Sequence record: NC_042013.1
Direction: 5' to 3' (one strand)
DNA length: 64,000 nucleotides
Every line of letters starts with the position of its first letter. The stretch's first letter is position 1. The translations under genes and the position numbers were made by a program. Below, piece after piece: positions 30,359-38,752 of this stretch. The notes beneath the pieces were generated by a model, which saw nothing but the letters and a program-made list of their open reading frames with translations, made no database searches and was not told the DNA's origin.

Positions 30359-30940
30359 TTAGATCATTACGCCAGCAATACGCTCAGGAAGAAGCGTCAT
30401 TAGGCCATCTGCCTGCGTAGCATTGTCAAAACGAATCGTCATAGTAATCGTCTGATATTCTGATTGTGAATAGTTCATATCACCATAATCGACTGACTTG
30501 AGCCAGCATCCTTCAAGTGTCCAAGCTTCAAGAACAACATCATTTCCGCCGTCCATAACTTCAATAAGAGTTACGAACTTATAGTTAGTACCGGATACGA
30601 AACCGGTCTGTTCAAAGTGGTTCAACTGCTTCTGCATCTGGTGACCAACAAGGGTTGAAACCGCGTTGGTAATGTCATCTTTGACAACCAAATCAATTGT
30701 ACCCCAAGTGTGCTTACCAGCGAACCATGCCTTTGAGTTGTAGCTGTTAACTTCGATTTCGTCGGTGTCGATATTTGGCTTTGAAACGCTTTCAACCTGC
30801 TGCGTAAGTTCCATACCACCAGCAATAGGTCCAAAGTTTACAACACGCACACGAAAGCGATAGCCGTACTTAAGCTGTAGCAAACCGCCACGGCCATTAC
30901 CACCACCCATAGGAACACCAAATTTATTAAGTGTAGCCAT
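30359..30940 (-). CDS. gp19: Tail tube protein
   Basis: YRFRV, VSKPNI, WFAGKHTWG, WTLEGCWLKSVDYGDMNY, MTIRFDNA. Confidence 0.88.
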   Translation of the reverse strand: MATLNKFGVPMGGGNGRGGLLQLKYGYRFRVRVVNFGPIAGGMELTQQVESVSKPNIDTDEIEVNSYNSKAWFAGKHTWGTIDLVVKDDITNAVSTLVGHQMQKQLNHFEQTGFVSGTNYKFVTLIEVMDGGNDVVLEAWTLEGCWLKSVDYGDMNYSQSEYQTITMTIRFDNATQADGLMTLLPERIAGVMI

Positions 30941-30947
30941 TAATATA

Positions 30948-30983
30948 AACCTCCGTTAGTATACAAGTATTTATACGGAAGTT
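30948..30983 (-). promoter_or_regulatory. TATAAATA late promoter within RBS-sequestering hairpin (tail tube)
   Basis: AACTTCCGT pairs with ACGGAGGTT (SD GGAGG); TATAAATA at 30968-30975. Confidence 0.8.
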
Positions 30984-31021
30984 GTAAATAATATTAATAA
31001 AATGATAATGAGACTAAACTT

Positions 31022-31270
31022 ATGAAACAACGTAAAATGTCTGATGCCCATAGGAAAGCGATCAGTAATTCCAAAAAAGGGAAACCTCTTGGAAAGGTAA
31101 TTTCGCGTCAAACAAAATACAAATTAGTTTCTCCTACAGGAAAAATATCATTTGTAGATTCGTATGATTTACCTAGATTTTTGAAGAATAATGGTCTTTC
31201 ATATCCAACTATGATGAGACACGTAAAATCAGAAAAAGCTCATCGGGGATGGCTAATCACCAGAATATAA
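31022..31270 (+). CDS. NUMOD3-type DNA-binding mini-protein (homing endonuclease remnant)
   Basis: RKMSDAHRKAISNSKKGK; no nuclease motif. Confidence 0.6.
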   Translation: MKQRKMSDAHRKAISNSKKGKPLGKVISRQTKYKLVSPTGKISFVDSYDLPRFLKNNGLSYPTMMRHVKSEKAHRGWLITRI

Positions 31271-31594
31271 ACGTCCCTCAACTATCATAAATTGTAATCC
31301 ATCTAATCTTTTAAGAAAATTATGTATACTCGTTTCATATACACAAACCGCAGTAATAGTATTATATGCTCTATAAGTATAATTATGGCTTACTGCAACT
31401 GAAAGCCACCTGTTATCAAAATGATAGCTAGAATCATCTACAAACACAAAACGACGCATATAGGAGCTATCTAAACGCGATATAGATATTCGATTTATGT
31501 TTCTTGTAATTTTATAATTTATAGGTTCTACCGGTAGTATATCACTAAGATTCACTACCGGAGAGCCATCATTTGAATAAATCGAATATATCAT
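31253..31594 (-). CDS. Hypothetical protein
   Basis: ATGA overlap with TROVE gene stop. Confidence 0.55.
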   Translation of the reverse strand: MIYSIYSNDGSPVVNLSDILPVEPINYKITRNINRISISRLDSSYMRRFVFVDDSSYHFDNRWLSVAVSHNYTYRAYNTITAVCVYETSIHNFLKRLDGLQFMIVEGRLYSGD

Positions 31595-33255
31595 TTTCTA
31601 AAGAAATCTGCAATTGCTGCTGGCGTATCAGGCGAAAATCCAACAAAGTCCATCATACCGCTATCTTTTGGATTAGCAATAGTAATTTCATTTGATACCA
31701 TTCCAACGACTGCAAGTTTTGTATCAACTTTAAGTCTATCCCGCATGCGATACAATGCTGCATCCGCTCTCATTGCCGTTTGATATGTTTCATTATCTGT
31801 ATACACAGAAATGTTTTCAAATGGAATTTCTTTGTCAATAGCATAAAGCATTGGCAAAGAACAATCGGTTCCACCAAATCTAAAACCAGCAATATAACGC
31901 ATTACCTGCGAAATCGTCATAGAAGGATCGATTTCCATTTCAATAATGGAACCCTTATTATGAGAATATCTCGAGGTCGTCTGGCTATAAGTCCATACGT
32001 CTTTTTTAGAATTCTTATCGTCATTGACTCCGACCGAGAACCCAATAAAAGATACATCTTTTTCAACATTGGCATTTACGAGAGCCAACGCCGCCGAAGC
32101 CGTTCTTGCGTCAAGGCCAATGATACCACCAACCTCGTGAGTAGTCATTGATCCAGAAACGTCTAATGCAATCAAACTTTTTTTACCAACCGGCGTTACA
32201 TTTGCAAATGTTTTGTAAAAACCCGTATTCAATGCTTCAGTTACTTCCTTAATAGGAACCCATTCACTTGATCCACGAGAAGACTTCCCGGCAACATAGG
32301 TCATATATGCGGCAAGCATTTTGATAGGATGAATCCTCGACTTATGCAAATATTCTTGATCGTTCAACCGCTCAATGACTTTATACGTAGCCTCTTTACT
32401 AACACCCAATAGACCAACACGAGTCATAGTTGCAATGTTTCTAACCATCGCCTCAAGGGGCATAGATTCCAACAAGGCTTCCCATACAGCGGGGTTTGTA
32501 AGATGTTCGGTAGGAATTGCCTCTCGTGGCAACTTAACGTCATTGCCGTTAATAAGCGATAGCAAACGCGGCAAATCTGCCGTTTTTGCTTGTTCGTATG
32601 CCGTTATAATATTTGGCAAATAATCGGTCAAATCTGCACGGTTGAGAACCTTCTTATCAACTTTGCCCTTAACATATGGAGTAGTACCAGAAACGGCATC
32701 CATTCCACCTACAATCCACCTGAAAATAGATTCAGTAGTTGCATTACCGGCGACAGGATGTGAAAGACGCAATGCATCTTTGTGTTTCCATCCATTACGT
32801 TCGCGATATTTAACAACCTGATATGCTAGTTGTTCAGGATTTTTAGTAGTATACCATTTTGCAACAGCTTTTCGGAGTGCTGAACCCCAACCACGATAAC
32901 CTTTAACAATTTCAAGAAATGTAAAAAGGTGAGTTGCAGTACGCGCAACTTCGTTAAGCTTCGATAAAGCATATGACCTGATCTTGTTATCATCTTGGCT
33001 TGCAGCAATAGCAAGAGCGAACAGACAATAGTCATTTTTAGACCCAAGACCAAGGGTCGAAACCTCAACGACACGGTCGATGGTTTTAACGTGATCTAGC
33101 TTAAGCAATTGAATGAGGTTGTCTGTATTCAACTTTGTCAATTCTGCACCGGTAGAATACATTGTATTATTCTCGGTTCCAAGAATCAAAAAGCGATCCA
33201 ATTTATCAAAATCATCAACAGCGTATACGTGCTTTTTATCAACCATTACCATCAC
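31591..33255 (-). CDS. rsr: Ro60/TROVE-vWA RNA-binding protein
   Basis: LDRFLILGTE, YRERNGWKHKDALRLSHP, MVRNIATMTR, SRIHP, MIDAS IALDVSGSM, GGTDCSLPM, YTDNET. Confidence 0.92.
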   Translation of the reverse strand: MMVMVDKKHVYAVDDFDKLDRFLILGTENNTMYSTGAELTKLNTDNLIQLLKLDHVKTIDRVVEVSTLGLGSKNDYCLFALAIAASQDDNKIRSYALSKLNEVARTATHLFTFLEIVKGYRGWGSALRKAVAKWYTTKNPEQLAYQVVKYRERNGWKHKDALRLSHPVAGNATTESIFRWIVGGMDAVSGTTPYVKGKVDKKVLNRADLTDYLPNIITAYEQAKTADLPRLLSLINGNDVKLPREAIPTEHLTNPAVWEALLESMPLEAMVRNIATMTRVGLLGVSKEATYKVIERLNDQEYLHKSRIHPIKMLAAYMTYVAGKSSRGSSEWVPIKEVTEALNTGFYKTFANVTPVGKKSLIALDVSGSMTTHEVGGIIGLDARTASAALALVNANVEKDVSFIGFSVGVNDDKNSKKDVWTYSQTTSRYSHNKGSIIEMEIDPSMTISQVMRYIAGFRFGGTDCSLPMLYAIDKEIPFENISVYTDNETYQTAMRADAALYRMRDRLKVDTKLAVVGMVSNEITIANPKDSGMMDFVGFSPDTPAAIADFFRK

Positions 33256-33505
33256 CTTTTAATGAGCGTAAAATTTCAAATGCCTCTTCTGGAGTTTTAA
33301 CAATATAAGTTTTCGATGATTTGTCAAGGATTATATGAATCAATCTTTTAGAAAAATATCGAACAACCCCTATACCTTCGTATCTACCATTGCCGGGATT
33401 TCTGTTTGTCCACCGATTAACTCTGTTTGATCCGTGATACGGTTCAATGTAAGGATGGGAGGATAGAATTATACCGCATTCATTATAAAATTGTTCTTTT
33501 GTCAT
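33239..33505 (-). CDS. Hypothetical protein
   Basis: Start likely MTKEQ after a terminator hairpin. Confidence 0.6.
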   Translation of the reverse strand: MTKEQFYNECGIILSSHPYIEPYHGSNRVNRWTNRNPGNGRYEGIGVVRYFSKRLIHIILDKSSKTYIVKTPEEAFEILRSLKGDGNG

Positions 33506-33531
33506 TATATTATAATATACGACAACAAAAA

Positions 33532-33557
33532 GGATAGCAACAACATTGTCGCTATCC
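33532..33557 (-). terminator. Intrinsic terminator
   Basis: GGATAGC/GCTATCC stem followed by TTTTT. Confidence 0.7.
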
Positions 33558-33564
33558 ATAGAAA

Positions 33565-33729
33565 TTATTTGAACGTTGTGAAATCCGTCTTATTCATTAT
33601 TCTAATCGCCTCCCTACGGTAAAACGCTTTTTCTTCAGACGTTAGGGGTCGAATTCCGTGACAAAAATTGTCATTGGCCGCGAGAAGATGTTTGGTTGAT
33701 ATTTTTTCACGTTCCATCTTCATCACCAT
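33565..33729 (-). CDS. 54-aa early peptide containing AANDNF
   Basis: TAATG coupling to upstream gene; hand translation MVMKMEREKISTKHLLAANDNFCHGIRPLTSEEKAFYRREAIRIMNKTDFTTFK. Confidence 0.55.
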   Translation of the reverse strand: MVMKMEREKISTKHLLAANDNFCHGIRPLTSEEKAFYRREAIRIMNKTDFTTFK

Positions 33730-34001
33730 TAATTATTGTTACGGTGATGACGCCTTGCCGCAGACCGGGCTTTACCAATAGTCTGAAACCATCCGTTATT
33801 ACGATTACCCTCGGAACCCTCGCGATAATCATCAAACGTATAAGGTCTCCAAATATCATCCGTTACAGAATATTGATACTGTACACGGTAAAAATTCATT
33901 CCCCACCGATCCGTTGTTTTTTGAATACGCATTGCCATTCGCTTACCGGGAATGATTTCAACAATTTCCTTAACATCATCCTTAGATTGATAATAAATCA
34001 T
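33729..34001 (-). CDS. Early hypothetical protein
   Basis: GGAGTG SD before MIYYQSK; early promoter upstream. Confidence 0.75.
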   Translation of the reverse strand: MIYYQSKDDVKEIVEIIPGKRMAMRIQKTTDRWGMNFYRVQYQYSVTDDIWRPYTFDDYREGSEGNRNNGWFQTIGKARSAARRHHRNNN

Positions 34002-34018
34002 TTGTTTCACTCCCTTGT

Positions 34019-34062
34019 TCGTTTCGATGTTGTAGTTATAACTCAATCAAAAATAAAGTCAA
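34019..34062 (-). promoter_or_regulatory. Early promoter with leader box
   Basis: TTGACT-N16-TATAAC, ATCGAAACGA. Confidence 0.85.
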
Positions 34063-34080
34063 CAAATTTTTCAATAAAAA

Positions 34081-34100
34081 AAGCGGCCCGAAAGCCGCTT
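34081..34100 (-). terminator. Terminator after tail sheath
   Basis: AAGCGGC/GCCGCTT stem then T-run. Confidence 0.8.
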
Positions 34101-34124
34101 CTTTTTTATCTATTCTGGTTTCAA

Positions 34125-37100
34125 TTAAGAATTAGAAACCTGTGTTGCATTACCATTATCGATATTGAACAACGTATTCAAGTCTGTTCCATATGGCGCA
34201 ATACGCAATGGAATATAAATGAATTCAACAGCCTTAGTTGGCGAGATAATCGCGTCAAGCCATAGCTCGTTACGATTAACACGATCTGGCGTATTGTTGG
34301 ACTCGTCACAAATAGTTAAGAAGTCATACAACGCTCTAAGAGCCACAAGGTTAGTCATGTAACGATCTGTTGAAATCTTGAATGCATCACGTGTATGCTT
34401 ATCATTAGGTTCAAACAAGAATGGCTTAGCAAGCGCGTCAAGATCATAACGCATCTTGTTAATAAGTCTTGCAACGTTAACACGGTCCATTGCCGTTGCG
34501 GTTGCTGAACGGGTCTTCTGTCCGAAAAGAGCCAAGCCGCGATTAGGCAAGAATGCAATAGGGTTAATCTTGTTAAGATACAACGTATCACGCTGACCTT
34601 CATTCAAGAATACTGCCTTGAATTCACCTTCTTCAGTAATGTAACCAACGTTGGTAGCATTTGTTACGAGACCACGCTGATAACCAGCAGGAGCAAACCA
34701 AGGATATGCAATGCTATCGTTATAAGCATACGTTCTAAGTGCCATAGTGGATGGTGGAACAACTACTTCAAAGCCGTCTACGTTAGTAGAATAACCCCAA
34801 GGATAGTAAACACCAACATATGGGCTGTTAGTAGTGATACCTGTTTCGCTATTTGATGCTGCACCAGAAAGTTCAACATTTGCCCAAGTCTGGATTGCTG
34901 TTGAATTTGGCTTAAGGCGCGCTGGAGTATCACCAATAATGAACGCAGTTTCTTTACGGTCGGTATTAAGCGTTACCATTTCATCGATAAGCTCAACATA
35001 ACCGGGTGTTGCCATTAGGTTGTAATAAATTGATTCCGCACGAATGTCTTCATTACTTGAAATAGTTGCACCCAATGCTCTAACGATAACCGCACGCTGT
35101 GCCTTACGGCCCATGTTTGGTGAACCGTCATTGGTATTACCAGAGATAGTAACCCAACGGCCTGCTGATGCAACTGGACCAAATGATGAGTAACCAACAT
35201 TGTATCCAGAAATTGTGAAGTTCGTATTAGGATCGAATTCACCCGCGAAATAGTTTGGACGCCATTCCTTTACGTTGTTTGTTGAATAACGTGTGTTAAA
35301 CAACAATACGCCATCTGGATACAAACGTGGGTCTGGAGCATCTGGATCAAGATAATCAGATACAAGCATATCCTCGATTGCAGTTGACGCGTCCTTAGTG
35401 CCTGCACTTGCTGCACGGGCATCTTCAAACACGATACCAAAAGGTGTAACGCTATCGCTATTATCAATCAAGCTCCAAGAACGAGTAGCTTCCTGATAAC
35501 GATAAAGTTTAGGATAGTTTTCTGTATCGCTGGTGTCAATCCATAGATCGTTCTGAACCAATGGGTTACCATTAGTCTGCGTCGTAGGTGCAGAACCTGC
35601 CAAAAGAACACCGGTAGCATTAGTGTTAAAGTTTTCAGGACGATTGCGGTATCCAACCCACTGGTCGCCATCTGCAACCATGATGTCAACGCGGAAATCA
35701 TCATTAAACCACATAGTACCTTCAACCGGAGAAGTTGACGGTGCAACTGCGCCATATGCATATACTAAATCTTCCCAAACGGAACCTGACCAACGGCGAA
35801 TTGCAAAATTAGCAATAGGTGGAACCGCACCAGTTTTGTTATAGCGAACATAAAGCGTTCCAATAGTCTTACTACCGCCAAACAATACGTCTGCTGCAAC
35901 ATCGGTTGCAAGAAGTGGTGCGGGGATAGTAATCCAAGCGCCGGAAACAGCATTGTAAAGCTTTACAGACCATTTAGAACCGTTATTGTATTCGGTTGTG
36001 TTGATCCATACTTCACCCGCTGCAACTACCTGACGACCTAAATCGTCTGTTCTACGTGGAACCTGATAGTTAGGTGCAAAACGAAGTAATTTACCAAATT
36101 TAGTAGTAATACCAATTACGGTAGCCGCTACTGAATCAGAATCGAGAACAATGTCGCCACCGAGTTTGTTAACGAGAACAACGCTACCTGCGTCAAGGAA
36201 TGCTTCAATTGCATTGCTTGTTGCATTATTTGCTGCGCCGAGTTCAGAATTGATAAAGCTAACAACGTCTGCTGGAGTAAGATCATTACCAAAAACAATG
36301 TTTACCTCAGTTGAAGGATCATTAGAAACATTAATCGTTAAAGACTGCCCATTAAGAGCAGGAACGGTTGTTGATCCAAGATTACCACCGATAGAACGAG
36401 TTGGAGTTGCTTTAGTCCAGATATCTGAACCAATTTCAAGCCAAGTCGCAATAGCGAGTGGGTCGTTAATAGTAGCAACACCACCGGGAACAATCTTCTG
36501 GTACATTGTATTACCATTGGTAATAGACACTGCAAATGATCCAGAAATACCGATAGTTGTTCTTGGAACGGTTTCTACAATTTCATTGCCATTAAGACCG
36601 ATAGATGAAAGAATTGCTGGCGTTGATCCAGTAAAATCAAATTCGTATCCTGCATTAGCAAGAAGAATTAGTCGGCTCATTCCTGAAAGCTGCAAGATGT
36701 TAGCCGTTACGCCAGTAACAGATGTTTGAATTGCAGTAACGAGTGATGCCAACGTATCCGTTGTAGCAATAGCAATAGTAGTACCGTTAATAACCAAATT
36801 ACCGGGTGTTGTTGTTACAGGCGCAGATGCATTTGGATATTCATTTGACGCAATAACGCGTGCCTGATGATCAGCAAGGCTTGTTAATACAGCAGGAGTC
36901 TGCGGAGTCCACGCGCTGTTAGGATATGTGCTTGCAACTCCTGAGAAAATACCAAACTTGGTATTTGCGGTATCAAACCAATATGTACCTGCAAGAGGTT
37001 CACCGCGTGGTTCGGAATCAGAAGGGAACAATTGTGCATAGTCTACTGAACCACGAATAACGTATGCGCGATTTGCCATACCAAGATACTGATATGTTGC

Positions 37101-37385
37101 GTGAAGACCATATTCGTTAAGTTCGTAACCGTGACGTGATGTACCATTTCGCTGATAGAATACAGGATTACCAAATGTTTGAACAAGTTCACGCTGTGAC
37201 GTGATGATGTACAATTTGTTTGCATTTTCAGGCAATGTGCCTTCAGCAATGTCAACACCATTCGGTTGAATCTTATATTCGTGAGTACCTAAAATAATCA
37301 GCGGAACAGTACCCTCGCCAGCCGTTGCGTAACCGCTTTCGTCAATCACGCTGATGTCTACGCCGGGAGAATTCAAAGTAGCCAT
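34125..37385 (-). CDS. gp18: Tail sheath protein (1086 aa, large insertions)
   Basis: SPGVDISVIDES, ITSQRELVQTFGNP, YPWFAPAGYQRG, RDTLYLNKINPI, FGQKT, DRVNVARL, FLFEPND, KAVEFIYIP. Confidence 0.93.
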   Translation of the reverse strand: MATLNSPGVDISVIDESGYATAGEGTVPLIILGTHEYKIQPNGVDIAEGTLPENANKLYIITSQRELVQTFGNPVFYQRNGTSRHGYELNEYGLHATYQYLGMANRAYVIRGSVDYAQLFPSDSEPRGEPLAGTYWFDTANTKFGIFSGVASTYPNSAWTPQTPAVLTSLADHQARVIASNEYPNASAPVTTTPGNLVINGTTIAIATTDTLASLVTAIQTSVTGVTANILQLSGMSRLILLANAGYEFDFTGSTPAILSSIGLNGNEIVETVPRTTIGISGSFAVSITNGNTMYQKIVPGGVATINDPLAIATWLEIGSDIWTKATPTRSIGGNLGSTTVPALNGQSLTINVSNDPSTEVNIVFGNDLTPADVVSFINSELGAANNATSNAIEAFLDAGSVVLVNKLGGDIVLDSDSVAATVIGITTKFGKLLRFAPNYQVPRRTDDLGRQVVAAGEVWINTTEYNNGSKWSVKLYNAVSGAWITIPAPLLATDVAADVLFGGSKTIGTLYVRYNKTGAVPPIANFAIRRWSGSVWEDLVYAYGAVAPSTSPVEGTMWFNDDFRVDIMVADGDQWVGYRNRPENFNTNATGVLLAGSAPTTQTNGNPLVQNDLWIDTSDTENYPKLYRYQEATRSWSLIDNSDSVTPFGIVFEDARAASAGTKDASTAIEDMLVSDYLDPDAPDPRLYPDGVLLFNTRYSTNNVKEWRPNYFAGEFDPNTNFTISGYNVGYSSFGPVASAGRWVTISGNTNDGSPNMGRKAQRAVIVRALGATISSNEDIRAESIYYNLMATPGYVELIDEMVTLNTDRKETAFIIGDTPARLKPNSTAIQTWANVELSGAASNSETGITTNSPYVGVYYPWGYSTNVDGFEVVVPPSTMALRTYAYNDSIAYPWFAPAGYQRGLVTNATNVGYITEEGEFKAVFLNEGQRDTLYLNKINPIAFLPNRGLALFGQKTRSATATAMDRVNVARLINKMRYDLDALAKPFLFEPNDKHTRDAFKISTDRYMTNLVALRALYDFLTICDESNNTPDRVNRNELWLDAIISPTKAVEFIYIPLRIAPYGTDLNTLFNIDNGNATQVSNS

Positions 37386-37386
37386 T

Positions 37387-37464
37387 ATATAACCCCATGT
37401 TTAAGATAAATTCGTATTGGGCAAAGAAAGCCCGTTTCAAGTATTTATCTCAGAGGGGTTATAT
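37387..37464 (-). promoter_or_regulatory. Late promoter within nested RBS-sequestering structure (tail sheath)
   Basis: ATATAACCCC/GGGGTTATAT, AGATAAAT/ATTTATCT, GGGC/GCCC; GATAAATA at 37442-37449. Confidence 0.75.
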
Positions 37465-37485
37465 GAGGCGGTTTTTTACCAATAA

Positions 37486-38043
37486 TTAGAAATCAAACAT
37501 AGATATTAAAACTTTTTCAAGCTGCTCGTCAGAAACATCTCTACTTCCTACACCTGCCCATACACCAGTAGGAGCAGGAACTTTTGTTATTTTCTGCCAA
37601 CAAGAACTGGTATACATGTACCAATTATCATCATTTAGATTATAAAGAAACATCGAATTACATAGTTCATCGAAAATATCAATGAACATTTGAACTGCCC
37701 ACGCAGTGCCACCTTCAACCGTTCCTTTTTCAACATTTAATTTGGCGATTGCATATAACTTATCGCTACCGTTAATTTGATACCAATTCCGGCGAAGGAG
37801 ATTATTAACGTGTTCGCTTTTTGATGGATATGACCTTTTTAATGTTTTATTAGCTTTTTGCAAAGCTTCCTCAGACATAGACAATTCATCATCGCTTAAA
37901 ATCACAACTCTTGAGCAAGAAGTCTTATGACCTTTGAACGAATAGTTAATAACGTGATGACCTATTCCAAATGCATATGCATTCCAGAAAGTATCAGCGC
38001 CTGTTGCCCCACCAGAAATACATACACCATTTTCACTATTCAT
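37486..38043 (-). CDS. SLOG-like nucleotide-binding protein
   Basis: CISGGATGAD, LLRRNWYQI, VEGGTAWAV. Confidence 0.55.
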   Translation of the reverse strand: MNSENGVCISGGATGADTFWNAYAFGIGHHVINYSFKGHKTSCSRVVILSDDELSMSEEALQKANKTLKRSYPSKSEHVNNLLRRNWYQINGSDKLYAIAKLNVEKGTVEGGTAWAVQMFIDIFDELCNSMFLYNLNDDNWYMYTSSCWQKITKVPAPTGVWAGVGSRDVSDEQLEKVLISMFDF

Positions 38044-38684
38044 AAAAGCAACTCCAACTTAGAATACAACGAATCTATTGTATCATCATTTGTCAACACT
38101 TCGTCAAAATCGTATCCAATCCACGACCATTCAGACGGATGAACACCAGTAGAAAGCATTATCTTATTTGCATTGTAATCACCGGTATTCGCTAACAATG
38201 CGGTTTCATACCAATCAGGTTCTTCGCCTTTTTTAATGCGAATGATTTTTCCATTCTTTTTGCGAATAGCATTTAATTCATTAAAAAATCTACCGTCAGT
38301 TATCACCACATCACTATTGTAATTTTCAATTCGGCGTTCTAATGATTTTATCCAAAGGCCATCATCAAAATGTTTTCTAACTAAATCTGTCCCGAATAAT
38401 TGCATTGCCGCTCTCGGCGTAAACCGTTCGGACACAAACCTATATGGAGAATTAATCCAATCTAACTCATTTTCCCACCATATATCAGGTTCGTTTCTCC
38501 ACGCTCTTGATGAAGGTGTGTTACCTTCTATCATTTCTCTATCCCATCCAAAAATTGCACATACACAATCTTTAACGGGAGAAGCAAAAGAATCTTGCTT
38601 ATAATCGTGGTAATGTGTAAAAAAATCCCCTGCTGTATTTTTTCCGCTACCAATAAACCCAACAATTCCAACAATATTTTTCAT
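38040..38684 (-). CDS. gp1: Deoxynucleoside monophosphate kinase
   Basis: GFIGSGKNT, SFASPVKD, TPRAAMQLFGTD, VVITDGRFFNE, HPSE. Confidence 0.9.
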   Translation of the reverse strand: MKNIVGIVGFIGSGKNTAGDFFTHYHDYKQDSFASPVKDCVCAIFGWDREMIEGNTPSSRAWRNEPDIWWENELDWINSPYRFVSERFTPRAAMQLFGTDLVRKHFDDGLWIKSLERRIENYNSDVVITDGRFFNELNAIRKKNGKIIRIKKGEEPDWYETALLANTGDYNANKIMLSTGVHPSEWSWIGYDFDEVLTNDDTIDSLYSKLELLL

Positions 38685-38752
38685 ATCGGTATTCTCTATA
38701 TTTTTAACTATATACAGAGAATACCAAAATCAAGGTTAATTATTCAATATTT

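Noticed and set aside
30941-33600. Y RNA next to Ro60
   Set aside because: Intergenic gaps are short and explained by a promoter hairpin and a terminator; no Ro-binding bulged stem recognised.
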